From: Candidatus Sulfomarinibacteraceae bacterium
Lineage (GTDB): Bacteria > Acidobacteriota > Thermoanaerobaculia > Thermoanaerobaculales > Sulfomarinibacteraceae
Assembly: GCA_963796455.1 (NCBI GenBank)
Contig: CAWCLO010000002.1
Coordinates: 96,001 to 160,000, forward strand
Direction: 5' to 3'
Length of the DNA stretch: 64,000 bases
The stretch's first letter is position 1, and every line of letters begins with the position of its first letter. Made by a program: the position numbers and the translations under genes. Positions 10,011 to 19,206 of this stretch are shown in pieces. The notes beneath the pieces were generated by a model, which was not told the DNA's origin, made no database searches, and worked only from the letters and a program-made list of their open reading frames with translations.

Positions 10011-10388
10011 ATGATGTCAGTCGATATTCGTGAACGCGTGGACGCACTGAACACGATGATCCTCGAGGGCAAGATCATGGAGGCGATGAACGAGTTCTAC
10101 GCCGGTGATGTGGTCATGGCTGAGAACGACAACGAGCCGACGGTCGGCCTGGCTGCGAATTTGGAGCGCGAACAGGCATTCGTCGACAACACGACCTGGT
10201 ATGGCGCCGAGCTCAAGAGCGTTGCAGTCGGTGACGATCTTTCGATGGTGGAATGGCGACTCGATTTTCACAACACCCAGTATGGGGCCAGACTCGCGTT
10301 CACACAGGTGGCTGTGCAGCGCTGGCGCGATGGCAAGATCTACGACGAGCGCTTCTACTATTCGCCTCAACCAGTGACCGAGGTCTGA
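10011..10388 (+). CDS. SnoaL-like / NTF2 family protein
   Basis: AMNEFYAGDVVMAE and QVAVQRWRDGKIYDERFYY. AAGGAG RBS. Confidence 0.8.
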   Translation: MMSVDIRERVDALNTMILEGKIMEAMNEFYAGDVVMAENDNEPTVGLAANLEREQAFVDNTTWYGAELKSVAVGDDLSMVEWRLDFHNTQYGARLAFTQVAVQRWRDGKIYDERFYYSPQPVTEV

Positions 10389-10398
10389 GAATCGGGCC

Positions 10399-10965
10399 GT
10401 GGCAAACCTGAAAATACCGGTTCTTCTGGGGAGCGTTCGTCGCAATCGGCAAAGCCCGAAGGTGGCGCGCTGGTTCAAGGCAGCTCTGGGAGCCGATGAT
10501 CGGATATCAAGCGAGCTCCTGGACCTTGAGGAGCTCGCGCTTCCGATCATGGAGGAGAGGCTTCGGATGCGTGACGACCCACCACCGGGTGCGGTGAGGT
10601 TGAGTGAGGCCGTAGCGGCGGCTCACGGCCTGGTGATCGTCACTCCTGAGTACAATAACGGCTATCCCGGCGCGCTCAAAAACGCTCTCGACTACCTCTT
10701 GCCGGAGCTCAAACGCAAACCGGTGGGTATTGTGACGGTATCGGCCGGCGGCTTTGGCGGCATCAGCTGTCTGGCTCAATTGCGGTTGGTGCTGCTGGCC
10801 ATGGGTGCGGCGCCGATTCCGGCCTCGCTGCCCGTATCGAAGGTCGGGCAGTCCTTCTCGGAAGAGGGCCCGACCGACGGAGATTTCGGCCAACGCGCGA
10901 CCCGTTTCATCGACGAACTGGTGTGGTGGACCGAGGCAGCGACAAGACAACGCGGGTCCGTCTGA
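10399..10965 (+). CDS. NADPH-dependent FMN reductase
   Basis: LGSVRRNRQS and TPEYNNGYPGALKNALD motifs. Confidence 0.9.
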   Translation: MANLKIPVLLGSVRRNRQSPKVARWFKAALGADDRISSELLDLEELALPIMEERLRMRDDPPPGAVRLSEAVAAAHGLVIVTPEYNNGYPGALKNALDYLLPELKRKPVGIVTVSAGGFGGISCLAQLRLVLLAMGAAPIPASLPVSKVGQSFSEEGPTDGDFGQRATRFIDELVWWTEAATRQRGSV

Positions 10966-10982
10966 TAAAGACATTTCCTGGC

Positions 10983-11015
10983 AAAAAAAGGACGCACCCG
11001 TGGGCGCGCCCTTTT
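10983..11015 (-). terminator. Rho-independent terminator of the pirin gene, possibly bidirectional
   Basis: Minus strand reads GGGCGCGCCC-ac-GGGTGCGTCC-TTTTTTT. Confidence 0.7.
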
Positions 11016-11028
11016 CCTGTGGCGGGTT

Positions 11029-11745
11029 TCATGCGAGGTCGAAGAGCAGGACGTCGCTCCAATCGCCGACCCCGGTGACGACAAGGGCGGCGGGGTTGTC
11101 GGCGGCCAGACCGTCACCCTCCTCGAGGCGATGGCCGTCGACTTCCACAGCTCCCTCGATGACCTGCAGCCAGGCGTTGCGTTCGGCGGCAAAGGTCTTC
11201 TCGAGGCGCGCTCCTTCAGTCAACGTCGCTCGATACATCGCGACATCCTGGTGTACGGTCAGCGAACCGTCCCGACCGTCTTGCGAAGCCACCAGGGTCC
11301 AGGCATCGCGCAACCCCTCCCATGGAAAGACACGCTGCTCGTAGCTGGGCGCGAGGCCGGTTTGCTCCGGCTCGATCCAGATCTGCAGAAAACGCACCTC
11401 TTCGCTTGGCGACGGGTTGAACTCGGAGTGCCGGACACCGGTGCCCGCGGTGATCCGCTGGACTTCGCCGGGGCGGATCACCGAACCGGTTCCGAGGCTG
11501 TCCTTGTGCTCGAGCGCCCCTTCCACCACCACGCTGAGAATTTCCATGTCGCGGTGCGGGTGGGTGCCGAAGCCCTGTCCCGGCTGGACCCGGTCGTCGT
11601 TGATCACCCGCAGGCTGCGGAAACCCATGTGCTCCGGGTCGTAATAGTGCCCGAAGGAGAAACTGTGCCGGCTCGACAGCCAGCCGAACTCGGCCATTCC
11701 GCGTTCTGCGGCCGACCGGATGCGATTTTGAGTCGAGGATGTCAT
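11029..11745 (-). CDS. Pirin family protein (YhhW-like)
   Basis: GWLSSRHSFSFG, GFGTHPHRDMEI, AGTGVRHSEFN and FLQIWI. Confidence 0.93.
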   Translation of the reverse strand: MTSSTQNRIRSAAERGMAEFGWLSSRHSFSFGHYYDPEHMGFRSLRVINDDRVQPGQGFGTHPHRDMEILSVVVEGALEHKDSLGTGSVIRPGEVQRITAGTGVRHSEFNPSPSEEVRFLQIWIEPEQTGLAPSYEQRVFPWEGLRDAWTLVASQDGRDGSLTVHQDVAMYRATLTEGARLEKTFAAERNAWLQVIEGAVEVDGHRLEEGDGLAADNPAALVVTGVGDWSDVLLFDLA

Positions 11746-11783
11746 ATCGAACTCCTTTCATTGGCCGCCTTTTGGCGGCCCGC

Positions 11784-11810
11784 TCTGATATTAAACAGTT
11801 CGATGTCGAA
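11784..11810. promoter_or_regulatory. Putative MarR operator in the divergent pirin/larB region
   Basis: TCTGATATTAAA-cag-TTCGATGTCGAA; the second box is a 5-bp inverted repeat (TTCGA-TG-TCGAA). Confidence 0.5.
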
Positions 11811-11900
11811 GTAAATTTCAGAGCCTTGGTCACGGTCGACCCCGGCCGTGTCGCGGGGCGAAACCTGATATTCTGTCGCACGTGTGCGGATGGAGGGCCG

Positions 11901-12665
11901 GTGAAAAGATCAGAGCTCCAGGAAATATTGCGGGCGGTAGCAGCCGGTGACATCAAGGCCGATGCCGCGCTCGAGAGCGTGCTTGCACAGGGAGTCGAAG
12001 ATCTCGGTTTTGCGCGGCTCGACACCGATCGCGAACGTCGCACCGGGATGGCCGAGGCGATCTTTGCGCCCGGCAAGACGGACGAACAGCTGACGCTCAT
12101 CGTTGATCGGTGTCTCGAGATGCACCACAAGGTGTTGGTGACGCGCGTCGAGAGAGATCGTGTCGGAGCATTGTTGGAACGCCATCCGGAGTTGCGCTAT
12201 CACTCCGTTGGCCGAATCCTCGAGGCACGGCCGGAGGCGGAGCCTACGGGCAAGCCGGTCGCGGTGGTTTCCGCCGGGACTTCCGATCTCCCGGTGGCCG
12301 AGGAAGCGGCGCTGGTCCTCGAACATCTCGGCCACCCGGTCGACCGCGTCAACGATGTCGGAGTGGCGGGGATCCACCGTCTCTTCTCGGTCCTCGAACG
12401 GCTCCGCCGTGCCCGCGTCCTCGTGGTCGTTGCGGGGATGGAAGGCGCGCTGCCATCGGTGGTCGCGGGTCTGGTGGAGTGCCCCGTGATCGCGGTGCCG
12501 ACCTCGGTCGGTTATGGCGCCAGCTTCGGTGGCGTGGCGGCCCTGCTCGGGATGCTGAACTCCTGTGCCGCCGGCATCAGTGTGGTCAACATCGACAACG
12601 GTTTTGGCGCCGCCACGGTGGTGCATCGTATCGCTCGCATCGACGGTTCCGGAGACGACGAATGA
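11901..12665 (+). CDS. larB: Nickel-pincer cofactor biosynthesis protein LarB
   Basis: AGTSDLPVAEEA, DVGVAGIHRL, AGMEGALPSVV, PTSVGYGA and VVNIDNGFGAA. GTG start with GGAGG. Confidence 0.93.
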   Translation: MKRSELQEILRAVAAGDIKADAALESVLAQGVEDLGFARLDTDRERRTGMAEAIFAPGKTDEQLTLIVDRCLEMHHKVLVTRVERDRVGALLERHPELRYHSVGRILEARPEAEPTGKPVAVVSAGTSDLPVAEEAALVLEHLGHPVDRVNDVGVAGIHRLFSVLERLRRARVLVVVAGMEGALPSVVAGLVECPVIAVPTSVGYGASFGGVAALLGMLNSCAAGISVVNIDNGFGAATVVHRIARIDGSGDDE

Positions 12666-13852
12666 GCAGGCGGCTTCTTTACCTCGACTGTGCGGGCGGG
12701 GCCGCGGGGGACATGATCCTGTGCGCCCTGGCCGAAGCCGTTGGCGACGTGTCGCTGGTGGAGAACCTCCCGGAGCGGCTCGGGTTCCCGGATGTCACCC
12801 TCGAGTGGCCGGCCGGAAAACCCGGCGGGTTTGCCGCGCGCCGCCTCAATGTTCGCTTCGATCCCGCAAAACACCCCCACCATCGAAATCTCGCGGATGT
12901 GGTCAGTCTTCTGGAAGCTGCCGATGTGTCGCCGACAGCTATCAAAATGGCGCGGGCGGTTTTCGAGCGTCTTGCCGAGGCCGAAGGCCAGGTCCACGGT
13001 GAGCCCGCCGACCAGGTCCATTTCCATGAAGTCGGCGCAGTCGATGCGTTGATCGACATTCTCGGCGCCTGTCTCCTGCTCGAGCGACTGGCGGTGGACG
13101 AGGTCGTTTGCTCGGTGCTGCCGATGGGTCACGGTACGGTGGCCTGTGCTCACGGCGAACTGCCCTTGCCGGCACCGGCGGTGGCCGCCATGTTGCCCGG
13201 TGTGCCGGTGCGCGCAGTCGAAATCGAAGGCGAGACCGTCACCCCGACCGGCGCCGCCTTGGTCACGACGCTCGCCGATCACTTTGGTGCGATGCCGGCC
13301 ATGACGGTTGAAAAAATTGGAGTCGGTGCGGGATCGAGAGAGTACCCGGGTCTGCCGAACGTGGTCCGCGCCTTTGTCGGTTCGGCGGCAACGCCCACTG
13401 AAATCGAACGCAGCGACAACCTGGTCATCGAGTGCAATATCGACGATCTCGACCCGAGGGTGTTTCCGGTCGTGATCGATAATTTGCTTGCCGCCGGCGC
13501 TCTCGATGCTTATGTCACTCCGCTTTTGATGAAGAAGGGGCGGCCGGGTCATTTGCTGACGGTCATTTCGACGGCCGCTTCCGTCGAAGGCCATATTGAT
13601 TTGATTCTGCGCGAGACGACCAGTCTCGGGTGCCGCACCTATCCGGTCAGCAAATACCATCTGCAACGGCACATGGAGATGGTCGCCACGCCCTGGGGCC
13701 AGGTGCCGGTGAAGGTCGCTCTGGCCGGCGACAAGGTGCTTCGAAGAGTCCCGGAATTCGAACCCTGCGCCGCGCTGGCCCGCGAAACCGGCGTACCCCT
13801 GCGCGACATCCTCGCCGCTGCCGGCGGTGTGCCCGATAAGGAATCCGAATGA
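12662..13852 (+). CDS. larC: Nickel-pincer cofactor biosynthesis protein LarC
   Basis: GAAGDMIL, VHFHEVGAVDALIDI, TPTGAAL, ECNIDD and MKKGRPG. ATGA overlap with larB. Confidence 0.93.
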   Translation: MSRRLLYLDCAGGAAGDMILCALAEAVGDVSLVENLPERLGFPDVTLEWPAGKPGGFAARRLNVRFDPAKHPHHRNLADVVSLLEAADVSPTAIKMARAVFERLAEAEGQVHGEPADQVHFHEVGAVDALIDILGACLLLERLAVDEVVCSVLPMGHGTVACAHGELPLPAPAVAAMLPGVPVRAVEIEGETVTPTGAALVTTLADHFGAMPAMTVEKIGVGAGSREYPGLPNVVRAFVGSAATPTEIERSDNLVIECNIDDLDPRVFPVVIDNLLAAGALDAYVTPLLMKKGRPGHLLTVISTAASVEGHIDLILRETTSLGCRTYPVSKYHLQRHMEMVATPWGQVPVKVALAGDKVLRRVPEFEPCAALARETGVPLRDILAAAGGVPDKESE

Positions 13853-14673
13853 TGGCTGATTACGATGGGTTGTTGCAGTGGTTCCGCGACTCCGGTTCGG
13901 CCCTGGTGGCCTTCTCGGGAGGCGTCGATTCGACGCTCCTGGCCAGGATCGCCTTCGAGGCGCTCGAGGACCGGGCTGTTGCAGTCACTGCGGTGTCGGC
14001 CTCCCTGGCGCCCCGTGAGCTCGACGAGGCGCGGCAGCTGGCGGCACAGATCGGCATCAACCACCGACTCGAGACCTCCTCCGAAACCGCCAAACCCCAG
14101 TATCTGGTCAACGACGGGGACCGCTGTTACCACTGCAAATCGGAGCTCTATTCGATCTGCGAAAAAGTGGCCCGCGAGATGGATCTGGCGGTGATCGTCA
14201 ACGGCCTCAACACCGATGATCTTTCCGATCACCGGCCGGGAAACAGGGCCGCCGAAGAGGCCGGGGTGCGATCGCCCTTTGTCGACTTCGGCTTTGACAA
14301 GACTGCCATCAGGGAGCGCTCCCGCCGCTTCGGCCTTCCCACCGCTGCAAAACCGGAATTGGCCTGTCTCGCGTCTCGCTTTCCAACCGGAACACCGATC
14401 ACGATCAATGGTCTGGAGCGTGTTGCTGCGGCCGAAGAAGTGGTGGCGGCGCTCGGTTTTTCGCAATACCGGGTCCGCTTTCACGGCGATCTGGCGCGCA
14501 TCGAGGTGCCGGGCGCCGAGATCGATCGTTTGTCCGACCCGTCGCTTCGCGGTCGTCTGGTGGCGGGCGTCAAGGATGCCGGTTTCCGGTTTGTGACGGT
14601 GGATCTCGCCGGGTATTCGCGGGGCTCGTCGAATCCCCTGGCGATGGCGCGGGATGGAGGTGAGCGGGGCTGA
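13849..14673 (+). CDS. larE: ATP-dependent sulfur transferase LarE
   Basis: AFSGGVDS PP-loop, RCYHCK, DHRPG, ACLASR and RVRFHGDLARIEV. Confidence 0.92.
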   Translation: MMADYDGLLQWFRDSGSALVAFSGGVDSTLLARIAFEALEDRAVAVTAVSASLAPRELDEARQLAAQIGINHRLETSSETAKPQYLVNDGDRCYHCKSELYSICEKVAREMDLAVIVNGLNTDDLSDHRPGNRAAEEAGVRSPFVDFGFDKTAIRERSRRFGLPTAAKPELACLASRFPTGTPITINGLERVAAAEEVVAALGFSQYRVRFHGDLARIEVPGAEIDRLSDPSLRGRLVAGVKDAGFRFVTVDLAGYSRGSSNPLAMARDGGERG

Positions 14674-14830
14674 GAAAGGGAGCAGGGGGGAGAGCGAGAA
14701 AGGGAGAAAGGGAGATTACCGCTCCTTCCGCGTGAATCCGATCCCGATCCCGATCCCGATCCCGTCCCCGTACCGGAAGCAGACTGAAGGGCGGAGGAGA
14801 AAGGGAGCAGCGCCTCCATCTCTTCCTTCG
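14672..14830. repeat. Purine-rich tract plus (GATCCC)n microsatellite, related to 7686-8122
   Basis: GAGAAAGGGAG units at 14672-14715 and GATCCC x4 at about 14740-14763, directly after the larE stop. Confidence 0.65.
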
Positions 14831-15060
14831 AGATCACACGCCATCAAAACCGGTGAAAAAGCGGTCCCGCAGTACGGTCCGCCGTTGTCGTCCGGTCGGA
14901 ATCCTTGAAAGCCGCAGGCTGGGTCGCCAACGCCCATCTCAAAATCCGTCATTGTGATGCGAGGAACATCGGATATTGGTATCGTGTCGACGTGCCTGAA
15001 GGGCGTCGGCGGTGAGGTCGCACGCCCCGCAGTTACAAAAAGGTCTGGGGGGCGCAGTTC

Positions 15061-17763
15061 ATGAGCAGTTCAACCCGGTTTCAATCTGTAGTCGTGTTGT
15101 TTCTTCTGGCGGTGTCGCTCTGCCTCCTGCCGGAGATCGAGAGGTTGGACGCCTGTACGACGGCGGTGGTGGCGCCGGGCGGGTCGGCAACAGGAACACC
15201 GATCCTGTGGAAGAACCGGGATACGCCGACCTTGTCGAACAAGGTCGTCTACGTCGACGAGTCGCCCTTTGCTTATCTCTGTCTGGCGAATGCGCGCGCC
15301 GACTCCGGGCGCTCGTGTTTCGCCGGCCTCAACGACTCGGGTTTCGCGATCATCAACACGGTCGCCTACAACGTCCCCGAGATCGCCGGCGAGCGCAACG
15401 ACCGCGAGGGCATCATCCAGGCCGATGCCCTCCGCACCTGTCGAACGGTAGACGATTTCGAGCGTCTGCTCGAGGAGAACCTGGGGCCGGAGCTCGGCGC
15501 TCAGACAAACATCGGGGTCTTTGACGCCGATGGCGGCGCTGCTCTATTCGAGATCCACAACCATGGTTTTGTCCGCCATGACGCGGCGGATGAAGGTGCC
15601 GACTATCTCGTCAACACAAACTATGCCCGCAGCGGCGCAGTGGACGAAGGAGAAGGCTATCTTCGATTCAAACGCGCCTCTGAGCTCTTCAGATCGTTCC
15701 CCGAGGGAGGGGTGGACCCGGAAACCATTTTGCACCGGTTCAGCCGCGACCTCGGACACCCCCTGGTTGACAAACCAAATCTGAACGACGCTTCCGAGCT
15801 GCCGGCGAACACCCCGGTCTGGGTCAACAGCCGGGACTGTATCGACCGGCCGTCGACCGCCTCGACCGTGGTCCTCGTCGGTGGCAACGACAAACGGCCC
15901 GCGACCCTGTGGATCATTCCCGGTGAGCCCCTGACGGCGGCGGCCATTCCTCTCTGGGTCGAGGCGGGGCGGAGCCCGGCGGCCCTTCACGAAGGAAAAA
16001 GAGCGCCACTCTGGAACGAATCGCTGCGGATCAAAGACGGTATCCGGCCGGCAAAACGAGGGCATGGCCGCGACTACCTGGATCTCACCCGCCTCGACAA
16101 CAGCGACGGTACGGGATATCTCCCGGGTCTGTTGCAGATCGAGACCTCGATCTTCGACGAGACCGAGGCCTTTCTCGCAGGCCGTCCGGGTCCGGAGGAA
16201 CTCGCTGATTTCTCCGAAAGGGTGGCGAATCGGGTCCTCGGCCACTTGCAATCGATCGTCGTCCCTGGCGCCGGGTTGCCGCCGACCCCTCTCGAACGAA
16301 ACGGAGGGAATCAGCTCACGTCCTATGACGAGCTCACGACCTTTTTGCAACAACTGGCCGCCGCGAGCCCGATCGCCGATCTGCGAAGCATCGGGACATC
16401 ACTTGAAGGCAGGGATCTTCACGCCCTCTTCTTCTCCCGGTCCCTCCCGTTGACGGGCCCTCGCGACGGAATCTTGACCGTGATGATCTCGGCCCAGCAG
16501 CACGGCAACGAGCCCTCGGGCAAGGAGGCCGCGCTCGAACTGGCCCGCGAACTTGCGATGGATGACGAAGGCCTGCTCGATCACTTTGATCTCATCCTCG
16601 TGCCGCAGGTCAACCCCGACGGCTCGGAGGCCGGGACGCGGCGGAATGCGGCGGGCGCCGATCTCAACCGCAACCACACGATCCTCTCCGAGCCGGAGGT
16701 CAGGGCCCTGCACGATCTCTTTCTCGATTGGGTGCCCGAGGTCACCCTCGACATCCACGAAACCAACGTGGCCAAAACCAGTTGGATGAGCGTCGGGTAT
16801 CTCAAGGACCCGACCGAACAGTTCGGTGGGCTCTCCAACCTCAATGTGTCGACGAAAATACGAGCCTTGTCGTCGGATCTCATTGTGCCGGAGGTGGGAC
16901 GGCGCATCGAAGACGCCGGTGTCAGCTTCCACGAATACGTGGTGGGCGGCCCACCCGAAGAGAGCCGGATTCGTTTCAGCACCACCGATATCAACGACAG
17001 CCGACAGAGCATGGGTATCTACAACACACTGTCCTTTCTCTTCGAGGGCAAACGCTGGGACGATCACACGGCCCACCTCGGCGAGCGAACCGAGGGCCAG
17101 GCGGTTGCCATGCGATCGTTTCTGAAGACCATCGTGGAACACGCTGATGAGATCCGCGAGACCGTTGGTCAGGCCCGAGCGGAGTTGATCGAGGAGGGGG
17201 TCGAGCTGCCGCCGGTTTACCTCCGACAGGACTATGTGGCGGATCCCGATCGGCCGACGGTGCGCTACCCGATCTTCGATCTTCGCACCTGGACCAGCCG
17301 TGAGGCTGATTTGAGTAACTTCGAACCGAAGGTCGTTCCACTGTTGACCGTCGAGCGTCCGTGGGCCTATGCGATCCCGTCGGATCAGGAAGACCTCATC
17401 GCGCTCCTCGAACGGCACCGCATCGACGTCATTCGCCTGACGACCGCGACGCCGGCTTCGGTCGAGCGTTATCTCATCGAAGAGATCACCGAGGTCGAGG
17501 TCGAGGACAAAGAAGCCGACGAAATCACCCTTCGGGTCGAAAACGAGGAGATCGAGTTGCCTGCAGGGACCGTCGTCGTCCCGGTACGCCAACCGGCGGC
17601 AAACCTCATCCCCCTGCTCCTGGAGCCACAGTCCTTGTGGGCGCCCTATGGCGAGAGGGGCGGCCGGGATCTGGCCCTGGATTCGCTCATCGAGCCCGGA
17701 TCAGCTTTCCCAGTGCTGAGAATCATCGCACCGCTGGAAGCAGTTTTTTGGGTTGCGCCTTGA
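15061..17763 (+). CDS. Secreted fusion of an Ntn-hydrolase (C45/C69-like) domain and an M14 zinc carboxypeptidase
   Basis: Signal peptide then CTTAVV...ILWKNRD and AGLNDSGFAI. The C-terminal half has QQHGNEPSG, NPDG, RRNAAGADLNRN and LDIHE. Confidence 0.8.
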   Translation: MSSSTRFQSVVVLFLLAVSLCLLPEIERLDACTTAVVAPGGSATGTPILWKNRDTPTLSNKVVYVDESPFAYLCLANARADSGRSCFAGLNDSGFAIINTVAYNVPEIAGERNDREGIIQADALRTCRTVDDFERLLEENLGPELGAQTNIGVFDADGGAALFEIHNHGFVRHDAADEGADYLVNTNYARSGAVDEGEGYLRFKRASELFRSFPEGGVDPETILHRFSRDLGHPLVDKPNLNDASELPANTPVWVNSRDCIDRPSTASTVVLVGGNDKRPATLWIIPGEPLTAAAIPLWVEAGRSPAALHEGKRAPLWNESLRIKDGIRPAKRGHGRDYLDLTRLDNSDGTGYLPGLLQIETSIFDETEAFLAGRPGPEELADFSERVANRVLGHLQSIVVPGAGLPPTPLERNGGNQLTSYDELTTFLQQLAAASPIADLRSIGTSLEGRDLHALFFSRSLPLTGPRDGILTVMISAQQHGNEPSGKEAALELARELAMDDEGLLDHFDLILVPQVNPDGSEAGTRRNAAGADLNRNHTILSEPEVRALHDLFLDWVPEVTLDIHETNVAKTSWMSVGYLKDPTEQFGGLSNLNVSTKIRALSSDLIVPEVGRRIEDAGVSFHEYVVGGPPEESRIRFSTTDINDSRQSMGIYNTLSFLFEGKRWDDHTAHLGERTEGQAVAMRSFLKTIVEHADEIRETVGQARAELIEEGVELPPVYLRQDYVADPDRPTVRYPIFDLRTWTSREADLSNFEPKVVPLLTVERPWAYAIPSDQEDLIALLERHRIDVIRLTTATPASVERYLIEEITEVEVEDKEADEITLRVENEEIELPAGTVVVPVRQPAANLIPLLLEPQSLWAPYGERGGRDLALDSLIEPGSAFPVLRIIAPLEAVFWVAP

Positions 17764-19205
17764 AGAATGAAGGATCAGCCCCGGTCGAGGAGTCCGCAGC
17801 GACCGGCCGGCGTCTGCCCTCCCTCGCCCAGTCGGTGACACCGCTGATCGCGATGGGGATCTTCCTCGGCGTTGGTTACGGTGTGCTGCGGCTGCCGGCA
17901 GAAGTGCTGCTGATCGCTGCCGCGGCTGTGGCAGGGTTGATCGCCCACCACCTCGGTTACACCTACAAGGAAATCGAAAACGGAATCCTCGAAAGCATGA
18001 TGAAGGGCATGCCGGCCATGTTGATCGTCATTGTCGTGGGCGCACTGATCGGATCGTGGATCGCCTGCGGGACCATCCCGATGCTCATCTTCTACGGCCT
18101 CAAGCTTATCTCGCCGACCTTTTTCCTGGTCACGGCCTGCATCGTGTGCTCGGTCGTATCGGTGGTGACAGGGACTTCCTATGGAACGGTCGGGACTCTC
18201 GGAGTGGCCTTGATCGGGATCTCGCAGGGCCTCGAGATCCCACTCGGTCAGGCTGCGGGCGCCATCGTCGCGGGTGCCTACTTCGGCGACAAGCTGTCGC
18301 CGTTCTCCGATACCACCAATCTGGCCCCGGTTGCGGCACGGTCGAACCTCTACGACCACATCCGGCACACCCTGTGGACCACGACTCCGGCCTGGCTCAT
18401 CGGGCTGGCCGTTTATCTCGTGCTCGGTCTGATGTCGGCGAGAACGGGTGCGGTCTCCCTCGAGAACACGACCGCGATCACCAGCGCCATCAGCGCCAAC
18501 TTCCGCTTCAGCGTCCTCCTGCTGCTGCCACCGGCCATCACCCTCTTTGCCGCCGCCAGACGTTACCCGGTGATTCCGGGAATGTTGGTTTCATCGGCGG
18601 TGGCCGTGGTGCTCGCCCTCGGTCTTCAGGGCCTCGATATCAAAACCGCGGTCGCCTCGATGGCGACCGGCTACACATCCACCACCGGCAGTCAGGTCGT
18701 CGACACGCTTCTGACCCGCGGCGGGATGGCCAACATGATGCACGTCACCCTGATTGCCTTCTGCGCTTTTGCCTTCGGCGGGATCATGCAAAAGGCCGGG
18801 ATGCTCGAAGTTCTCCTGCAGCGTCTGGTCCGGGTGGCCGACACCACCGGCAAGATCGTGGCCTCGACGGTCGCCGCTTCGATCACCACCGCGGTGGTCA
18901 CTGGAAGTTCTTTTTTGAGCATCCTGATACCGGGTGAGCTCTTCGCCCCGGTCTACCGGCGGCGGGGTCTGGCGGCAAAAAACCTCTCACGAACGACCGA
19001 GGACAGCGGCACCGTGGTCGTGCCCCTCGTGCCGTGGAGCATCGCGGGGGTCTTTATGGCCGGAACCCTCGGGGTCGAGACGATGAGCTACGCGCCGTGG
19101 GCCGTCATGTGTTATCTCAGCTCTCTTGTCGCCCTGACGTACGGTTTTACCGGTTTTGCCATCGCACCGAAGATCGCCGAGGACGAGACGGTGCCGGGGA
19201 GTTGA
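17760..19205 (+). CDS. nhaC: NhaC family Na+/H+ antiporter or amino-acid transporter
   Basis: GTSYGTVGTLG, GAYFGDKLSPFSDTTNLA and LSRTTEDSGT. TTG start overlaps the upstream stop. Confidence 0.88.
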   Translation: MKNEGSAPVEESAATGRRLPSLAQSVTPLIAMGIFLGVGYGVLRLPAEVLLIAAAAVAGLIAHHLGYTYKEIENGILESMMKGMPAMLIVIVVGALIGSWIACGTIPMLIFYGLKLISPTFFLVTACIVCSVVSVVTGTSYGTVGTLGVALIGISQGLEIPLGQAAGAIVAGAYFGDKLSPFSDTTNLAPVAARSNLYDHIRHTLWTTTPAWLIGLAVYLVLGLMSARTGAVSLENTTAITSAISANFRFSVLLLLPPAITLFAAARRYPVIPGMLVSSAVAVVLALGLQGLDIKTAVASMATGYTSTTGSQVVDTLLTRGGMANMMHVTLIAFCAFAFGGIMQKAGMLEVLLQRLVRVADTTGKIVASTVAASITTAVVTGSSFLSILIPGELFAPVYRRRGLAAKNLSRTTEDSGTVVVPLVPWSIAGVFMAGTLGVETMSYAPWAVMCYLSSLVALTYGFTGFAIAPKIAEDETVPGS

Positions 19206-19206
19206 T

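Noticed and set aside
14830..15060. Possible riboswitch or ncRNA upstream of the Ntn-M14 fusion; likewise 50100-50336 and 46200-46370
   Set aside because: I could not recognise an aptamer consensus by eye; an Infernal/Rfam scan would be needed.
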